From NCBI GenBank assembly GCA_963666515.2, contig OY762897.2:288001-352000 (forward strand): a stretch of 64,000 nucleotides of DNA, read 5' to 3'. This DNA comes from Candidatus Binatia bacterium (GTDB lineage Bacteria > Desulfobacterota > Binatia > UBA9968 > JAJDTQ01). Position 1 is the stretch's first letter, and the number at the start of each line of letters is the position of its first letter. The notes beneath the pieces were generated by a model. The model worked only from the letters and a program-made list of their open reading frames with translations. It ran no database searches and was not told where the DNA came from. This document shows, piece after piece, positions 1-9,523 of the stretch. Both the position numbers and the translations under genes were made by a program.

Positions 1-2
1 TG

Positions 3-356
3 GGAAGCGGGAACGTCTTCCGGGATTTCGGCGATCCTCACGCGGATCTGAAGCACGCCAAGGCGGTTCTGGCGGCTCGAATCATCGCGGTGCTGGAGGA
101 CCGCCGACTCAGCCCGGCGAAGGCAGGCCGGATGACCGGGTTTGCCGCCGCTGATTTTGCACGCATCCGTGACGCCGATCTCGGACGTTTCACCTTGGAT
201 CGGCTGATGAAGATCCTCGCGGCACTCGACGCGGACATCCGTATGACTCTCCATATCGATCCCCGGCGGGGTGCGGGGCCGCACGGACGCCCCGGCGGCC
301 GTCCCGTTCGTCCTGCGCCCTTCGACAAGGCTCAGGACAGGCATGGCGAGTCCTGA
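3..356 (+). CDS. XRE-family HTH protein (HigA-like antitoxin type), 5' truncated by window edge
   Basis: Frame is open from base 3: GSGNVFRDFGDPHADLKHAKAVLAARI...FARIRDADLGRFTLDRLMKILAAL, typical of HTH_37/XRE antitoxins. The C-terminus runs into a REP-like repeat. Confidence 0.8.
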   Translation, partial: GSGNVFRDFGDPHADLKHAKAVLAARIIAVLEDRRLSPAKAGRMTGFAAADFARIRDADLGRFTLDRLMKILAALDADIRMTLHIDPRRGAGPHGRPGGRPVRPAPFDKAQDRHGES

Positions 357-390
357 GCGAGGGAGTCGTAGCCGAGTGTAGCCGAAGGGG
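304..390. repeat. REP-like element, CCGTTCGTCCTGAGC/CCCTTCGACA family, copy 1
   Basis: ccgttcgtcctgcgcccttcgacaaggctcaggacaggc is nearly identical to 34076-34113. Confidence 0.7.
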
Positions 391-431
391 AGCGACGGCG
401 CGGTCGGCCGGGACACACAGCGTCATTCAGG

Positions 432-460
432 TTGCACAAGCGCGCATCATTCAATATGCT
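432..460 (+). promoter_or_regulatory. putative sigma70 promoter of the amidohydrolase gene
   Basis: TTGCAC-N17-TATGCT. Confidence 0.5.
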
Positions 461-539
461 GCCCCGCGTAATAGCCGGGTTGCGTCAGTATCCCGTCCCC
501 CATTGATCTCTACACGTTGCGACCAAGGAGAATTTGGCC

Positions 540-2240
540 ATGGAATATGATCTGTTGATTCGCGGCGGCCGGGTTGCCGACGGTTCCGGGCTGCCGTCCC
601 ATACCGCGGACGTGGGTGTGAAGGACGGCAAGATTGCCGGGGTGGGCCGGCTCAATGGCTCCGCCAGCCGGACCATCGACGCCGCCGGGCTGGTGGTGTC
701 GCCGGGATTCATCGACCACCACACCCACATGGACGCGCAGATCCTCTGGGATCCCTACGGCACCTCCGAGCCGCAGCACGGCATCACCTCCATCGTCATG
801 GGGAACTGCGGCCTGGCCCTGGCGCCGGTGGACGACGGCGGCGAGGACGCCCTGGTCAAGAGCTTCGTGCGGGTGGAGGCGATCCCCCGCTTCGCGCTGG
901 AGAAGGGCGTGACCTGGCGCTGGCACAGCTACGGCGAGTACCTCGACGCCCTGGAGGGCAAGCTCGGCATCAATGCCGGCGGGCTGGTGGGGCACATCGC
1001 GGTGCGCCAGAACGTCATGGGCGAGGAGTCGGTGGAGCGGAAGGCCACGGCCGCCGAGGTGCAGAAGATGAAAGGCCTGGTGCGGGACGCCATGGACGCC
1101 GGCGCCCTGGGGTTCTCCACCAACCGCAACGAGCGGCACATGCGGGAGGACGGCAAGCCCGTGGCCAGCCGCCTGGCGGACGACGACGAGCTGTACGCCC
1201 TGTGCGACGTGCTCGGCGAGCTCAACAGCGGCATCATCGAGACCATCCTCGGCCGCAACAAGATGGAGCACTTCGACAACTACTACGACCTGGCCAGCAG
1301 GACGCAGCGGCCGATCATCTGGCAGAGCGTGCACCACCGCTGGGCGGAGCCCACGCTCTGGCAGGAGCAGCTCGACGCGGTGTCGCGCATCTTCCGGGAC
1401 GGCTACCGCGCCTACGGCCTCACCCAGACCGTGCCGCTGGTCCGTCACTTCAACCTGCAGAACGCCCAGCTCTTCGACGAGTTTCCCAACTGGAAGAACA
1501 TCATGTTCCTGCCGGTGGAGGTGCGCCAGCAGGCCTTCGCTGACCCGGCCACCCGCGCGAAGCTGCGCGAGGACCTGGCCACCGAGCGCATGACCAACTT
1601 CCACCGGCGCTGGGACATCGTGCAGGTGGAGAAGGTCGTCAAGGAAGAGAACAAGCGCTACGAGGGCAAGAGCGTGGCCGAGATGGCGGCCATGCGCAAC
1701 CAGCACCCGGTGGACGCGCTGCTCGATCTCTCATTGGAAGAGGGTCTGCTGACGACCTTCCAGAACGCCAACACGGGCGGGGACCCGCAGGCCATGGGCG
1801 AGATCCTGCGCAGCCCCTACGTCCTGGTGGGCACGTCGGACGCCGGCGCCCACGTGCTGTACGGCGCGGACTTCGGCTACGGCACCACGCTGCTGGGCCT
1901 GTGGGTGCGGGAGCGGGGCCTCATGACGCTGGAAGAGGCGGTGCACAAGCTCACCTTCCACGTGGCCTCCGTGTACGGCCTGGAGGGCAGGGGGCTGATC
2001 CGGCCCGGATACGCCGCGGACCTGACCCTGTTCGACCCCGAGACCGTGCGGGCGTACGAGCCCGAGTGGGCGGAGGACTACCCGGCGGGGACGAAGCGCC
2101 TGATCCAGCGCTCCGAGGGCATCCACTATACCATCGTCAACGGCGGGGTGATCTACGACGACGGCCGCCTGAGCGGAGACCTTCCGGGCCAGGTGTTACG
2201 CGGTTCGGCCTACGCGCCGACGCGCGCGGCCGCCGCGTAG
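540..2240 (+). CDS. N-acyl-D-amino-acid deacylase-like amidohydrolase
   Basis: YDLLIRGGRVADGSG, PGFIDHHTHMD, GNCG, SDAGAH and GYAADL motifs; AAGGAG RBS before ATG 540. Confidence 0.9.
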   Translation: MEYDLLIRGGRVADGSGLPSHTADVGVKDGKIAGVGRLNGSASRTIDAAGLVVSPGFIDHHTHMDAQILWDPYGTSEPQHGITSIVMGNCGLALAPVDDGGEDALVKSFVRVEAIPRFALEKGVTWRWHSYGEYLDALEGKLGINAGGLVGHIAVRQNVMGEESVERKATAAEVQKMKGLVRDAMDAGALGFSTNRNERHMREDGKPVASRLADDDELYALCDVLGELNSGIIETILGRNKMEHFDNYYDLASRTQRPIIWQSVHHRWAEPTLWQEQLDAVSRIFRDGYRAYGLTQTVPLVRHFNLQNAQLFDEFPNWKNIMFLPVEVRQQAFADPATRAKLREDLATERMTNFHRRWDIVQVEKVVKEENKRYEGKSVAEMAAMRNQHPVDALLDLSLEEGLLTTFQNANTGGDPQAMGEILRSPYVLVGTSDAGAHVLYGADFGYGTTLLGLWVRERGLMTLEEAVHKLTFHVASVYGLEGRGLIRPGYAADLTLFDPETVRAYEPEWAEDYPAGTKRLIQRSEGIHYTIVNGGVIYDDGRLSGDLPGQVLRGSAYAPTRAAAA

Positions 2241-2265
2241 TGTGGTGTCCCGTAACAGGAGCTTG

Positions 2266-2315
2266 CGTCCTCCGACTTCGCTCCGCTGGCGCGGAGCTAC
2301 GCTCAGGATGAACGG
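2266..2315 (-). repeat. REP-like element, same family, with a different internal hairpin
   Basis: Reverse complement ccgttcatcctgagc-gtagctccgcgccagcgga-gcgaagtcggaggacg shares both ends with 34076-34127. Confidence 0.65.
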
Positions 2316-2383
2316 GCATAGGGGGCCGTGTGGGCGTCACCTACATAACGGGCATAGGGAGGCCGTGTGGGCATCACCTACAT
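2311..2383 (+). repeat. 36/37-bp tandem duplication of the Rieske gene start region
   Basis: AACGGGCATAGGGGGCCGTGTGGGCGTCACCTACAT followed by AACGGGCATAGGGAGGCCGTGTGGGCATCACCTACAT. Confidence 0.9.
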
Positions 2384-2684
2384 TCCGGTAGCGCAGGCCG
2401 GTGAACTGGAGCGCGGGCAAAGGAAGGCGGTGGACCTGAACGGACGGTCCCTGGTGCTGACCCGCGTGGACGACGGCTACTTCGCGTTTTCCCGCTATTG
2501 CCCGCACGAGAGCGCGGACCTCATGAACGGCCCCATCGTCGCCGGGAAGGTGCGCTGCGACAACCACGGCTACTGCTTCGATCTCGACTCCGGCGAGTGC
2601 GTGCTGCCCAAGGGCGGCGACCCGCTGACGGTGCTCCCCGTGGAGGAGAGAGGGGAAGAGGTCTGCATCCGCATCGAGTGGTAG
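2367..2684 (+). CDS. Rieske [2Fe-2S] ferredoxin
   Basis: CPH...CDNHG Rieske ligand motif, FDLDSGEC; GGGAGG RBS before GTG. Confidence 0.9.
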   Translation: MGITYIPVAQAGELERGQRKAVDLNGRSLVLTRVDDGYFAFSRYCPHESADLMNGPIVAGKVRCDNHGYCFDLDSGECVLPKGGDPLTVLPVEERGEEVCIRIEW

Positions 2685-3649
2685 TCCCGCCTCCCGCGCC
2701 CGCCGCGGAGCCCTTCGACGCGGTCCTCCTGATCGCGTTCGGCGGACCCGAAAGCCCGGAGGAGATCCGGCCGTTCCTGGAGCGGGTGACCGCTGGGCGG
2801 GGTATCCCGCGGACGCGTCTCGAGGCGGTGGCGCGCCACTACGAGCTGATCGGCGGCCGTTCGCCGCTGAACGATCTCACGCGCGCACAGGCGGACGCGT
2901 TGCGGCGGAGGCTGGCCCGGGACGGGATCGACGTCCCCGTCTACGTGGGCATGCGCAACTGGCGCCCTTTCCTGGACGAGACTCTGGCCGAGATCGCTGC
3001 CCACGGTTGCCGGCGCGTGCTGGGAATCATCCTCTCGGCGTTCCAGACCGAGGCCTCCTGGGGCCGGTACATCGACGCGGTGGAGGCCGCCCGCAAGGCC
3101 ATGACGGACCCCGTTCCGGTGGTGGAATACGCCGAGCCCTGGTCGCATCGCCCGCTGTTCATCCGGGCGGTGGCCGACGGCGTCGCCGCCGCGGTCGAAG
3201 CGTTGCCGAGCGCGTTCCGGGACGCCCCGCTGGTATTCACCGCCCACAGCATCCCGTGTTCCATGGCTGGCGAGTCACCTTACGTGGAGCAGTTCCGCGA
3301 GGCTTCGCAAAGGGTGGCCCGACGGCTGCAGCAGACCGACTGGACCCTGGCGTACCAGAGCCGCAGCGGCAACCCCCGCGACCCCTGGCTGGAGCCCGAC
3401 GTGAACGAGACCATCGAGCGGTTGGCGCGGGCCGGCGAGAAGGCCGTGGTCACGGTCCCCATCGGTTTCGTCTGCGACCACGTCGAGGTCCTCTACGACC
3501 TCGACGTCGAGGCCAGCCGGCGCGCGCGCGAGCTGGGGATGCGCTTCTGCAGGGCCCCGGCGGTAAACGACCACCCCCTGTTCATCGAGATGCTGGCCGG
3601 CCTTGTGGCGGCTCCCGGTCGTATTGACCCGGGCAAATCCGGGTTATAG
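2678..3649 (+). CDS. hemH: ferrochelatase
   Basis: FGGPE, GGRSPLN, GMRNWRP, FTAHSIP, YQSRSG, PWLEPD and GFVCDHVEVLYDLD motifs; GTG start inferred, overlapping the Rieske stop. Confidence 0.93.
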   Translation: MVVPPPAPAAEPFDAVLLIAFGGPESPEEIRPFLERVTAGRGIPRTRLEAVARHYELIGGRSPLNDLTRAQADALRRRLARDGIDVPVYVGMRNWRPFLDETLAEIAAHGCRRVLGIILSAFQTEASWGRYIDAVEAARKAMTDPVPVVEYAEPWSHRPLFIRAVADGVAAAVEALPSAFRDAPLVFTAHSIPCSMAGESPYVEQFREASQRVARRLQQTDWTLAYQSRSGNPRDPWLEPDVNETIERLARAGEKAVVTVPIGFVCDHVEVLYDLDVEASRRARELGMRFCRAPAVNDHPLFIEMLAGLVAAPGRIDPGKSGL

Positions 3650-3652
3650 GAT
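3624..3652 (+). promoter_or_regulatory. putative sigma70 promoter with palindromic spacer
   Basis: TTGACC-N17-TAGGAT; inverted repeat ACCCGG-gcaaat-CCGGGT at 3627-3644. Confidence 0.5.
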
Positions 3653-3704
3653 TGCGGTTGCGGGCGGGCGTCCCGCTCACGTCCATCGCGCAGGGAGGGG
3701 AATC

Positions 3705-4712
3705 ATGCTCTCCAGGTTCCTGAGTTCGCTCGCGGTCGCGCTCTTTGCGTCGTTCACGCTGGTCTCCGCCGCTCCGGGCGCCGAAGCCCGGAGCCCGGTC
3801 CGGCTCGCCTTCGCCGGTTTCGGGGTGGGGACCGTCGTCACCTGGATCGCCAGGGACACCGGCCTCTTTGCGAAGTACGGTCTCGACATCGACACGGTCT
3901 ACCTCGACGGCGCCGCGGCCGGCGGCGTGCAGTCCCTCCTGGGGGCCGACATCTTCGTGACTTCCCGGGACGTGCTGCCGCCGCTGGAGGCCGCCAGCAA
4001 CGGCGCCGACCTGGTGTTTTTCGGGGGCCACGTGAGCGCCGAGAACTATCGTTTCGGCGTGGCTTCCTACGTCGATCACCTGGCGCAGCTCAAGGGCAAG
4101 AAGGTCGGGGTCTCGAATCTCGGCAGGAAGTCCGACCTGATCGCGCGCGTGGTCCTGCGGCGCGCGGGACTCGACCCGGTGGAGGACGTGGAGATGGTTC
4201 CCATCGGCTATTCGCCCCAGCGAGCCGCCGCCCTCTACCGCAACGTCGTCCAGGGGGCGCCGCTGGTCCCGCAGGTGGCCGCGCAAGCGCAACGGGTAGG
4301 CATCAAGGTACTCGATGTCGGCGAGGTCAACCTGGTCACCGACCTGCTGGTCACCACCCGCTCCTTCGCCGACCGCAACGCCAACGTGCTGCGCCGCTTC
4401 CTGATGGCCTATCTCAACGGCGTCCAGCATTTCCTCACCGAACGCGCCGACAGCATGCGGATCATGAAGAAGTACGTGACCGTGGCCGAGGGATCCTCGC
4501 TGGCGGTGACCTACGGAACCCTCGCGCACCGCCTGGACCCGCTGCCCCTGCTTCACCCCGAGGCGCTCCAGGCGCTGATCGACGCGGTCTCGGTGACGGA
4601 CTCGCGCGCGCGGCAGCTCGCCCCCCGGCGGCTGCTGGAGCTGGACCTCCTCCAACGGCTGGACCGGTCCGGCTTCGTCAAGGGGCTCTACGCGGAGAAG
4701 ATCGAGCTGTAG
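3705..4712 (+). CDS. ABC transporter substrate-binding protein, NMT1/SsuA/TauA family
   Basis: Signal peptide, GLFAKYGLD, LKGKKVGVS, GLDP..DV motifs; GGGAGG RBS. Confidence 0.85.
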   Translation: MLSRFLSSLAVALFASFTLVSAAPGAEARSPVRLAFAGFGVGTVVTWIARDTGLFAKYGLDIDTVYLDGAAAGGVQSLLGADIFVTSRDVLPPLEAASNGADLVFFGGHVSAENYRFGVASYVDHLAQLKGKKVGVSNLGRKSDLIARVVLRRAGLDPVEDVEMVPIGYSPQRAAALYRNVVQGAPLVPQVAAQAQRVGIKVLDVGEVNLVTDLLVTTRSFADRNANVLRRFLMAYLNGVQHFLTERADSMRIMKKYVTVAEGSSLAVTYGTLAHRLDPLPLLHPEALQALIDAVSVTDSRARQLAPRRLLELDLLQRLDRSGFVKGLYAEKIEL

Positions 4713-4729
4713 GCGCGCGTCCGCCAAAA

Positions 4730-4758
4730 TTGCATTCACCGCGCATATCCCCTAGAAT
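4730..4758 (+). promoter_or_regulatory. putative sigma70 promoter of plsC-rnj-ftsK-lolA
   Basis: TTGCAT-N17-TAGAAT. Confidence 0.55.
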
Positions 4759-4797
4759 GAAGGGACCTCGGGTTGCACGCTGTCGACGGCCCCGGGC

Positions 4798-5601
4798 ATG
4801 CACGCCTTGAACAGCATGTACACGCTAAAGCTGGCCCTGATCGTCCTTGGAAGCATTCTCCAGAGCCTCCCCATCATGGCCCTCGGGCTCCTGGATCCCT
4901 GGGGCCGGCGCGTCTATCCGATGTTCCGCTTCTGGTCCTGGTGTGTCCTCAAGGTCGGCGGGGTGGGCCTGAAGGTCCGTCAGGCGGGCGGCGTGGACCC
5001 CGGCCGGGCCTACATCTTCATGGCCAATCATCAGAGCAACATCGACATTCCGGTGCTGGTGCAGGCGCTCGCGCCGTTTCAGCTTCGCTGGATGGCCAAG
5101 CGGGAGCTGCTCCGGGTGCCGTTCTTCGGCTGGGCGCTGTGGGCGTCGAAGCACGTCATCGTGAGACGCGCGGGGTCGAAGGGGGTGGCGGCCGCCATGG
5201 CCAGCGCCGGTGAGAAGCTGGCGCAGGGGATCTCGGTGGTGGTGTTTCCAGAGGGCACCCGCAGCGCGGACGGACGGCTGCTGCCGTTCAAGCGCGGCGG
5301 CTTCCGTCTGGCCGAGAAGGCCGGGGTCGCCATCGTGCCCGTTACCATCAACGGCTCCGGCGCGCTGATGAAGCGAGGCGACTGGCGGCTCAGGCCCGGG
5401 GAAGTCGAGGTCGTCATCGGCGACCCGATACCGCCGGACGACGGGGACGACCGTTCCCGCCGGCAGATGCAGCGCGTCCGGGAGGCCATCGGCGCGCGCC
5501 TGACGCCGCACGATACGGCGCCGGGCGAGGACCGCGGCGCATGGCGGGGGCTGCCGCCGGCGGCGGAGGGGGAGGGCGAGAGGTCCGGATGGACACCGTA
5601 A
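4798..5601 (+). CDS. plsC: 1-acyl-sn-glycerol-3-phosphate acyltransferase
   Basis: NHQSNID and FPEGTRS motifs; start may be 4816. Confidence 0.9.
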   Translation: MHALNSMYTLKLALIVLGSILQSLPIMALGLLDPWGRRVYPMFRFWSWCVLKVGGVGLKVRQAGGVDPGRAYIFMANHQSNIDIPVLVQALAPFQLRWMAKRELLRVPFFGWALWASKHVIVRRAGSKGVAAAMASAGEKLAQGISVVVFPEGTRSADGRLLPFKRGGFRLAEKAGVAIVPVTINGSGALMKRGDWRLRPGEVEVVIGDPIPPDDGDDRSRRQMQRVREAIGARLTPHDTAPGEDRGAWRGLPPAAEGEGERSGWTP

Positions 5602-7241
5602 GGATCGTGCCCCTCGGGGGTCTGGGAGAGTTCGGCTCCAACATGCTGGCCGTGGAGTGGGGCGACTCCGTGATCGCGGTGGACTGCGGCGTGATGTTCC
5701 CCAGCCCCGAGATGCTGGGCATCGACTTGGTGATCCCCGACATCAGCTACCTGGCGGACCGGGGGAAGGCGCCCCAGGCCATCGTCCTGACCCACGCCCA
5801 CGAAGACCACATCGGCGCGTTGCCCTACGTCCTCCGGCGCTGCCCGGCGCCGGTGTACGGCACGCGCCTGACCCTGGGCTTCGTGCGCCACAAGCTGCGC
5901 GAGCACCGGCTGGAGGAATCCACCGAGCTGGTGGAGATCGTCCCCGGCGAGCGTTTTTCGGTGGGTCCCTTCACGCTCGAAGGGATCCCGGTGACCCACA
6001 GCCTGGTGGACTGCATCGCCCTGGCCATCGAGACGCCGGTCGGGAACATCATCCACACCGGCGACTTCAAGATCGACAACACGCCCATGCCCGGGCAGTG
6101 CTTCGACTTCCACCGTTTCGCGGCCTACGGCGACAAGGGCGTCCTGCTCTTGCTCTCGGACTCCACCAACGTCGAGCGCGCCGGCTGCACGCCCTCGGAG
6201 CGCACCGTGGGAGAGGGGCTTCGGGGGATCTTCGGCGCCAGTCCGGGACGGATCTTCATCGCGACGTTCGCCTCGCACATCCCGCGCATCCAGCAGGTGG
6301 CGGAGCTGGCCGCGGATTTCGGGCGCAAGCTGGTGCTCAGCGGGCGGAGCATCATCAACAACACCGGCATCGCCGCGGACCTGGGCTGCCTCAGCCTGCC
6401 GGACGACGTCATGACCGACAACCAGGACTGGCGCGACGTCGCCGACGACCGGCTCTGCTTCCTCACCACCGGAAGCCAGGGAGAGCCCCTTTCCGTCCTG
6501 CACCGCGTGGCCTTCGACGAGCACCGCTCCATCCGCATCCAGCCGGGGGACACGGTGGTGTTGTCGGCGCGGTTCATACCGGGCAACGAGAAGGTCATCA
6601 GCAACCTCATCGACCACCTCTACCGGCGCGGCGCCCACGTCCACTACGAGCGCACTTCGGAGATCCACGTGTCGGGACACGCCAGCCAAGAAGAGTTGAA
6701 GACCATGATCCAGCTCACGCGTCCGCGCTACTTCGTGCCCGTGCACGGGGAGTTCCGGCAGCTCTGCAAGCACGTCGAGCTGGCCCGGGCGGTGGGCATA
6801 CCCTCGCGGCACTGCTTCCTCCTCGAGAACGGCGACGCGCTGGAGCTTACGGAGCGGGACGCGTGGCGGGCGGCGCCGGTGGCCTCCGGCAAGGTCTTCG
6901 TCGACGGCAAGGGCATCGGCGACGTGGAGGACATCGTCATACGGGACCGCCGGCACCTGAGCGAGGACGGCCTGGTGGTGGCCATGGCGGTGCACCAGCG
7001 CACCGGCGAGGTAGCCGCGGGCCCGGACCTGCTGGCCCGTGGGTTCATGCGCTCGGAGGAAGAGGACGACGTCCTCGGCACCGCCCGGGACTCGCTGCGG
7101 GAGTACCTCGACGGCTGCGGCGCGGAGATGCGCGCCGACTCCGCCGAGCTGAAGGAGGGTATACGCCGGTCGCTGCGGAAGTTCTTCGAGAAGAGGCTGC
7201 ACCGTCGGCCGGTGATCGTGCCCTACGTCATGGAGATGTAG
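5589..7241 (+). CDS. rnj: ribonuclease J
   Basis: PLGGLGEFG, THAHEDHIG, HTGDFK, DSTN, TGSQGEP, HVSGH and PVHGE motifs. Confidence 0.96.
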   Translation: MDTVRIVPLGGLGEFGSNMLAVEWGDSVIAVDCGVMFPSPEMLGIDLVIPDISYLADRGKAPQAIVLTHAHEDHIGALPYVLRRCPAPVYGTRLTLGFVRHKLREHRLEESTELVEIVPGERFSVGPFTLEGIPVTHSLVDCIALAIETPVGNIIHTGDFKIDNTPMPGQCFDFHRFAAYGDKGVLLLLSDSTNVERAGCTPSERTVGEGLRGIFGASPGRIFIATFASHIPRIQQVAELAADFGRKLVLSGRSIINNTGIAADLGCLSLPDDVMTDNQDWRDVADDRLCFLTTGSQGEPLSVLHRVAFDEHRSIRIQPGDTVVLSARFIPGNEKVISNLIDHLYRRGAHVHYERTSEIHVSGHASQEELKTMIQLTRPRYFVPVHGEFRQLCKHVELARAVGIPSRHCFLLENGDALELTERDAWRAAPVASGKVFVDGKGIGDVEDIVIRDRRHLSEDGLVVAMAVHQRTGEVAAGPDLLARGFMRSEEEDDVLGTARDSLREYLDGCGAEMRADSAELKEGIRRSLRKFFEKRLHRRPVIVPYVMEM

Positions 7242-7251
7242 GCGGACGTCC

Positions 7252-9516
7252 ATGCAGAACGGCTCTCGACTCAATCGTGAACTGTGGGGCTCGGTGGTCC
7301 TGGTGGCGGCCTGTTTCGCGGTGCTCAGCCTGGTTTCCTACAGCCCCCTGGACCGTTCCTTCAACGTTCCTTCGGGCGCGCCCGACCCCGTCAACCTGGG
7401 TGGACTGGTGGGGGCCTACCTGGCCGACGCGTTGATGCAGGGGCTGGGCCTGACCGCCTACGTCCTTCCCGCCATCCTGCTGCTGCTCGCCCTCCGTCTG
7501 TTCCGCCGCGACCCCGGCAGGCTGAGAGTCCTCGTGTCTCTCGGATACGGCGTGTTGTTGTGGGGTCTGGCCATCGTGGTCAGCCTGGTGCGCGAAACCG
7601 AGCTGGCGCGGGACGGCGGCGGGGTCCTGGGCGGGTTCTCCAGGGAGTTCCTGACCGAGATGTTCGGCTACGCCGGGACCTGCGTCATCACGGTCTTCCT
7701 GCTGCTGGCCGCGGCCATGCTGATATCCCAGACATCCATGCTGAGCTGGTGGGGCCGCCTCGCGGCGGCCCGGGAGCGGCTTCGTTCCACGCTGGCCGCG
7801 GGGGCGACGTCCACGTGGCGCACCCGGGTGGAGGGGAAGCCGCCCGCCAACCCCAGGAAGGAGCGGGAGTTCAAGGCGCCGCCCATCGTGCTGGAGGAGG
7901 AAGGCCCGAAGGAAGAGCCCCAGACCCCCAAGGGGCGCCGGAAGAAGGCCAGGGCCAAAGCCAGGACCAGGCCCGAAGCCGAGCAGTTCGTCTTCCCCGA
8001 GATCACCGACGGCTACACGTTGCCGTCGACGGCCTTTCTCGATCCCCCGCCGAAGGTGAAGGCGGGCATCGACAAGAGCGCCCTGGAAGCCAATTCCCTG
8101 ATGCTGCAGCGGAAGCTCCAGGACTTCGGCATCGAGGGCGAAGTGCTCGCGGTGAGGCCCGGACCGGTCATCACCGTGTACGAGTTCCGGCCGGCGCCCG
8201 GCGTCATGGTGCGGCGGATCGTGGGCGTGGCGGACGACCTCGCCATGGCCCTCAGCGCCGTCAGCATCCGCATCCTGGCGCCGATCCCGGGGGAGTCCGT
8301 GGTCGGGATCGAGGTGCCCAACACCCGGCGCGAGACGGTCCACCTGAGGGAGGTGCTGGAAGACCCGGTGTACGCGGACTCCGATTCAATGCTTTCCCTG
8401 GCCCTGGGAAAGGACATCTCCGGGGCGCCGTTCGCCGCCGATCTGGCGCGCATGCCGCACCTGCTGGTGGCCGGCGCCACCGGCACGGGCAAGTCCGTGT
8501 CGCTGAACTCGATGATCCTGAGCATCCTGTACAAGGCCACTCCGGATGACGTCCGCTTCATCATGATCGATCCCAAGATGCTGGAGCTGACGCCCTACGA
8601 AGGGCTGCCGCACCTGCTGACCCCGGTGGTGACCGATCCCAAGGAGGCCCGGGCCGCGCTGTTCTGGGCCGTGGAGGAGATGGACCGGCGCTACCGGCTC
8701 ATGCGCGACAAGGGCGCCCGCAACATCGACAACTACAACCGCATCCTGGAAAAGGAACCGCCGCCGGACAGGTCCCGGAGCGGCGCGGGAGGGGACGACG
8801 CTTCTGCGGAGGAGCCGGACGCGGGCGGCGCGCTGGACGGACGCGAAGAGCTGGAGCACGGACGGCTGCCGCGGGTGGTGATCCTCATCGACGAGCTGGC
8901 GGACCTGATGATGTCCGTGGGCCGGGACATCGAGGAGCACATCACGCGGCTGGCCCAGAAGGCGCGCGCCGCCGGCATCCACATGGTGCTGGCGACCCAG
9001 CGGCCGTCGGTGGACGTGATCACCGGGTTGATCAAGGCGAACTTTCCCGCGCGGATCTCGTTCCAGGTGACCTCCCGGGTGGACTCGCGCACCATCCTGG
9101 ACGGCCAGGGCGCCGAGCAGCTCCTGGGGAACGGGGACCTGCTCTTCCTGCCCCCGGGCACGGCCCGGCTGATACGGCTCCACGGCCCCTTCGTCTCGGA
9201 CAGGGAGGTCCGCAAGGTCACCGATTTCATCAAGCAGCAGGGCCGGCCCCAGTACCGCCCGGAGATCATCGAGGCCGGAGCCGGGGACAACGGCGAGTTG
9301 GGCGGCCTGGACGACGACTACGACGAGATGTACGACCAGGCCGTGGCGGTGGTCACCGAGACGCGGCAGGCGTCCATATCCATGGTGCAGCGGCGTTTGC
9401 GGGTGGGTTACAACCGGGCCGCGCGAATGATCGAGAAAATGGAGCGGGACGGCGTGGTGGGGCCGGCGGACGGGGCGAAGCCGCGCGAGGTCCTGGCGCA
9501 GAGGATCGAGGAGTAG
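7252..9516 (+). CDS. ftsK: DNA translocase FtsK
   Basis: N-terminal TM segments, AGATGTGKS, IDELADLMM, ATQRPSVDV, gamma domain QRRLRVGYNRAAR. Confidence 0.97.
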   Translation: MQNGSRLNRELWGSVVLVAACFAVLSLVSYSPLDRSFNVPSGAPDPVNLGGLVGAYLADALMQGLGLTAYVLPAILLLLALRLFRRDPGRLRVLVSLGYGVLLWGLAIVVSLVRETELARDGGGVLGGFSREFLTEMFGYAGTCVITVFLLLAAAMLISQTSMLSWWGRLAAARERLRSTLAAGATSTWRTRVEGKPPANPRKEREFKAPPIVLEEEGPKEEPQTPKGRRKKARAKARTRPEAEQFVFPEITDGYTLPSTAFLDPPPKVKAGIDKSALEANSLMLQRKLQDFGIEGEVLAVRPGPVITVYEFRPAPGVMVRRIVGVADDLAMALSAVSIRILAPIPGESVVGIEVPNTRRETVHLREVLEDPVYADSDSMLSLALGKDISGAPFAADLARMPHLLVAGATGTGKSVSLNSMILSILYKATPDDVRFIMIDPKMLELTPYEGLPHLLTPVVTDPKEARAALFWAVEEMDRRYRLMRDKGARNIDNYNRILEKEPPPDRSRSGAGGDDASAEEPDAGGALDGREELEHGRLPRVVILIDELADLMMSVGRDIEEHITRLAQKARAAGIHMVLATQRPSVDVITGLIKANFPARISFQVTSRVDSRTILDGQGAEQLLGNGDLLFLPPGTARLIRLHGPFVSDREVRKVTDFIKQQGRPQYRPEIIEAGAGDNGELGGLDDDYDEMYDQAVAVVTETRQASISMVQRRLRVGYNRAARMIEKMERDGVVGPADGAKPREVLAQRIEE

Positions 9517-9523
9517 ACCGGCA

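Noticed and set aside
2311-2383. CRISPR repeats (36-37 bp)
   Set aside because: Two directly adjacent copies with no spacer, containing an RBS and start codon; no cas genes.
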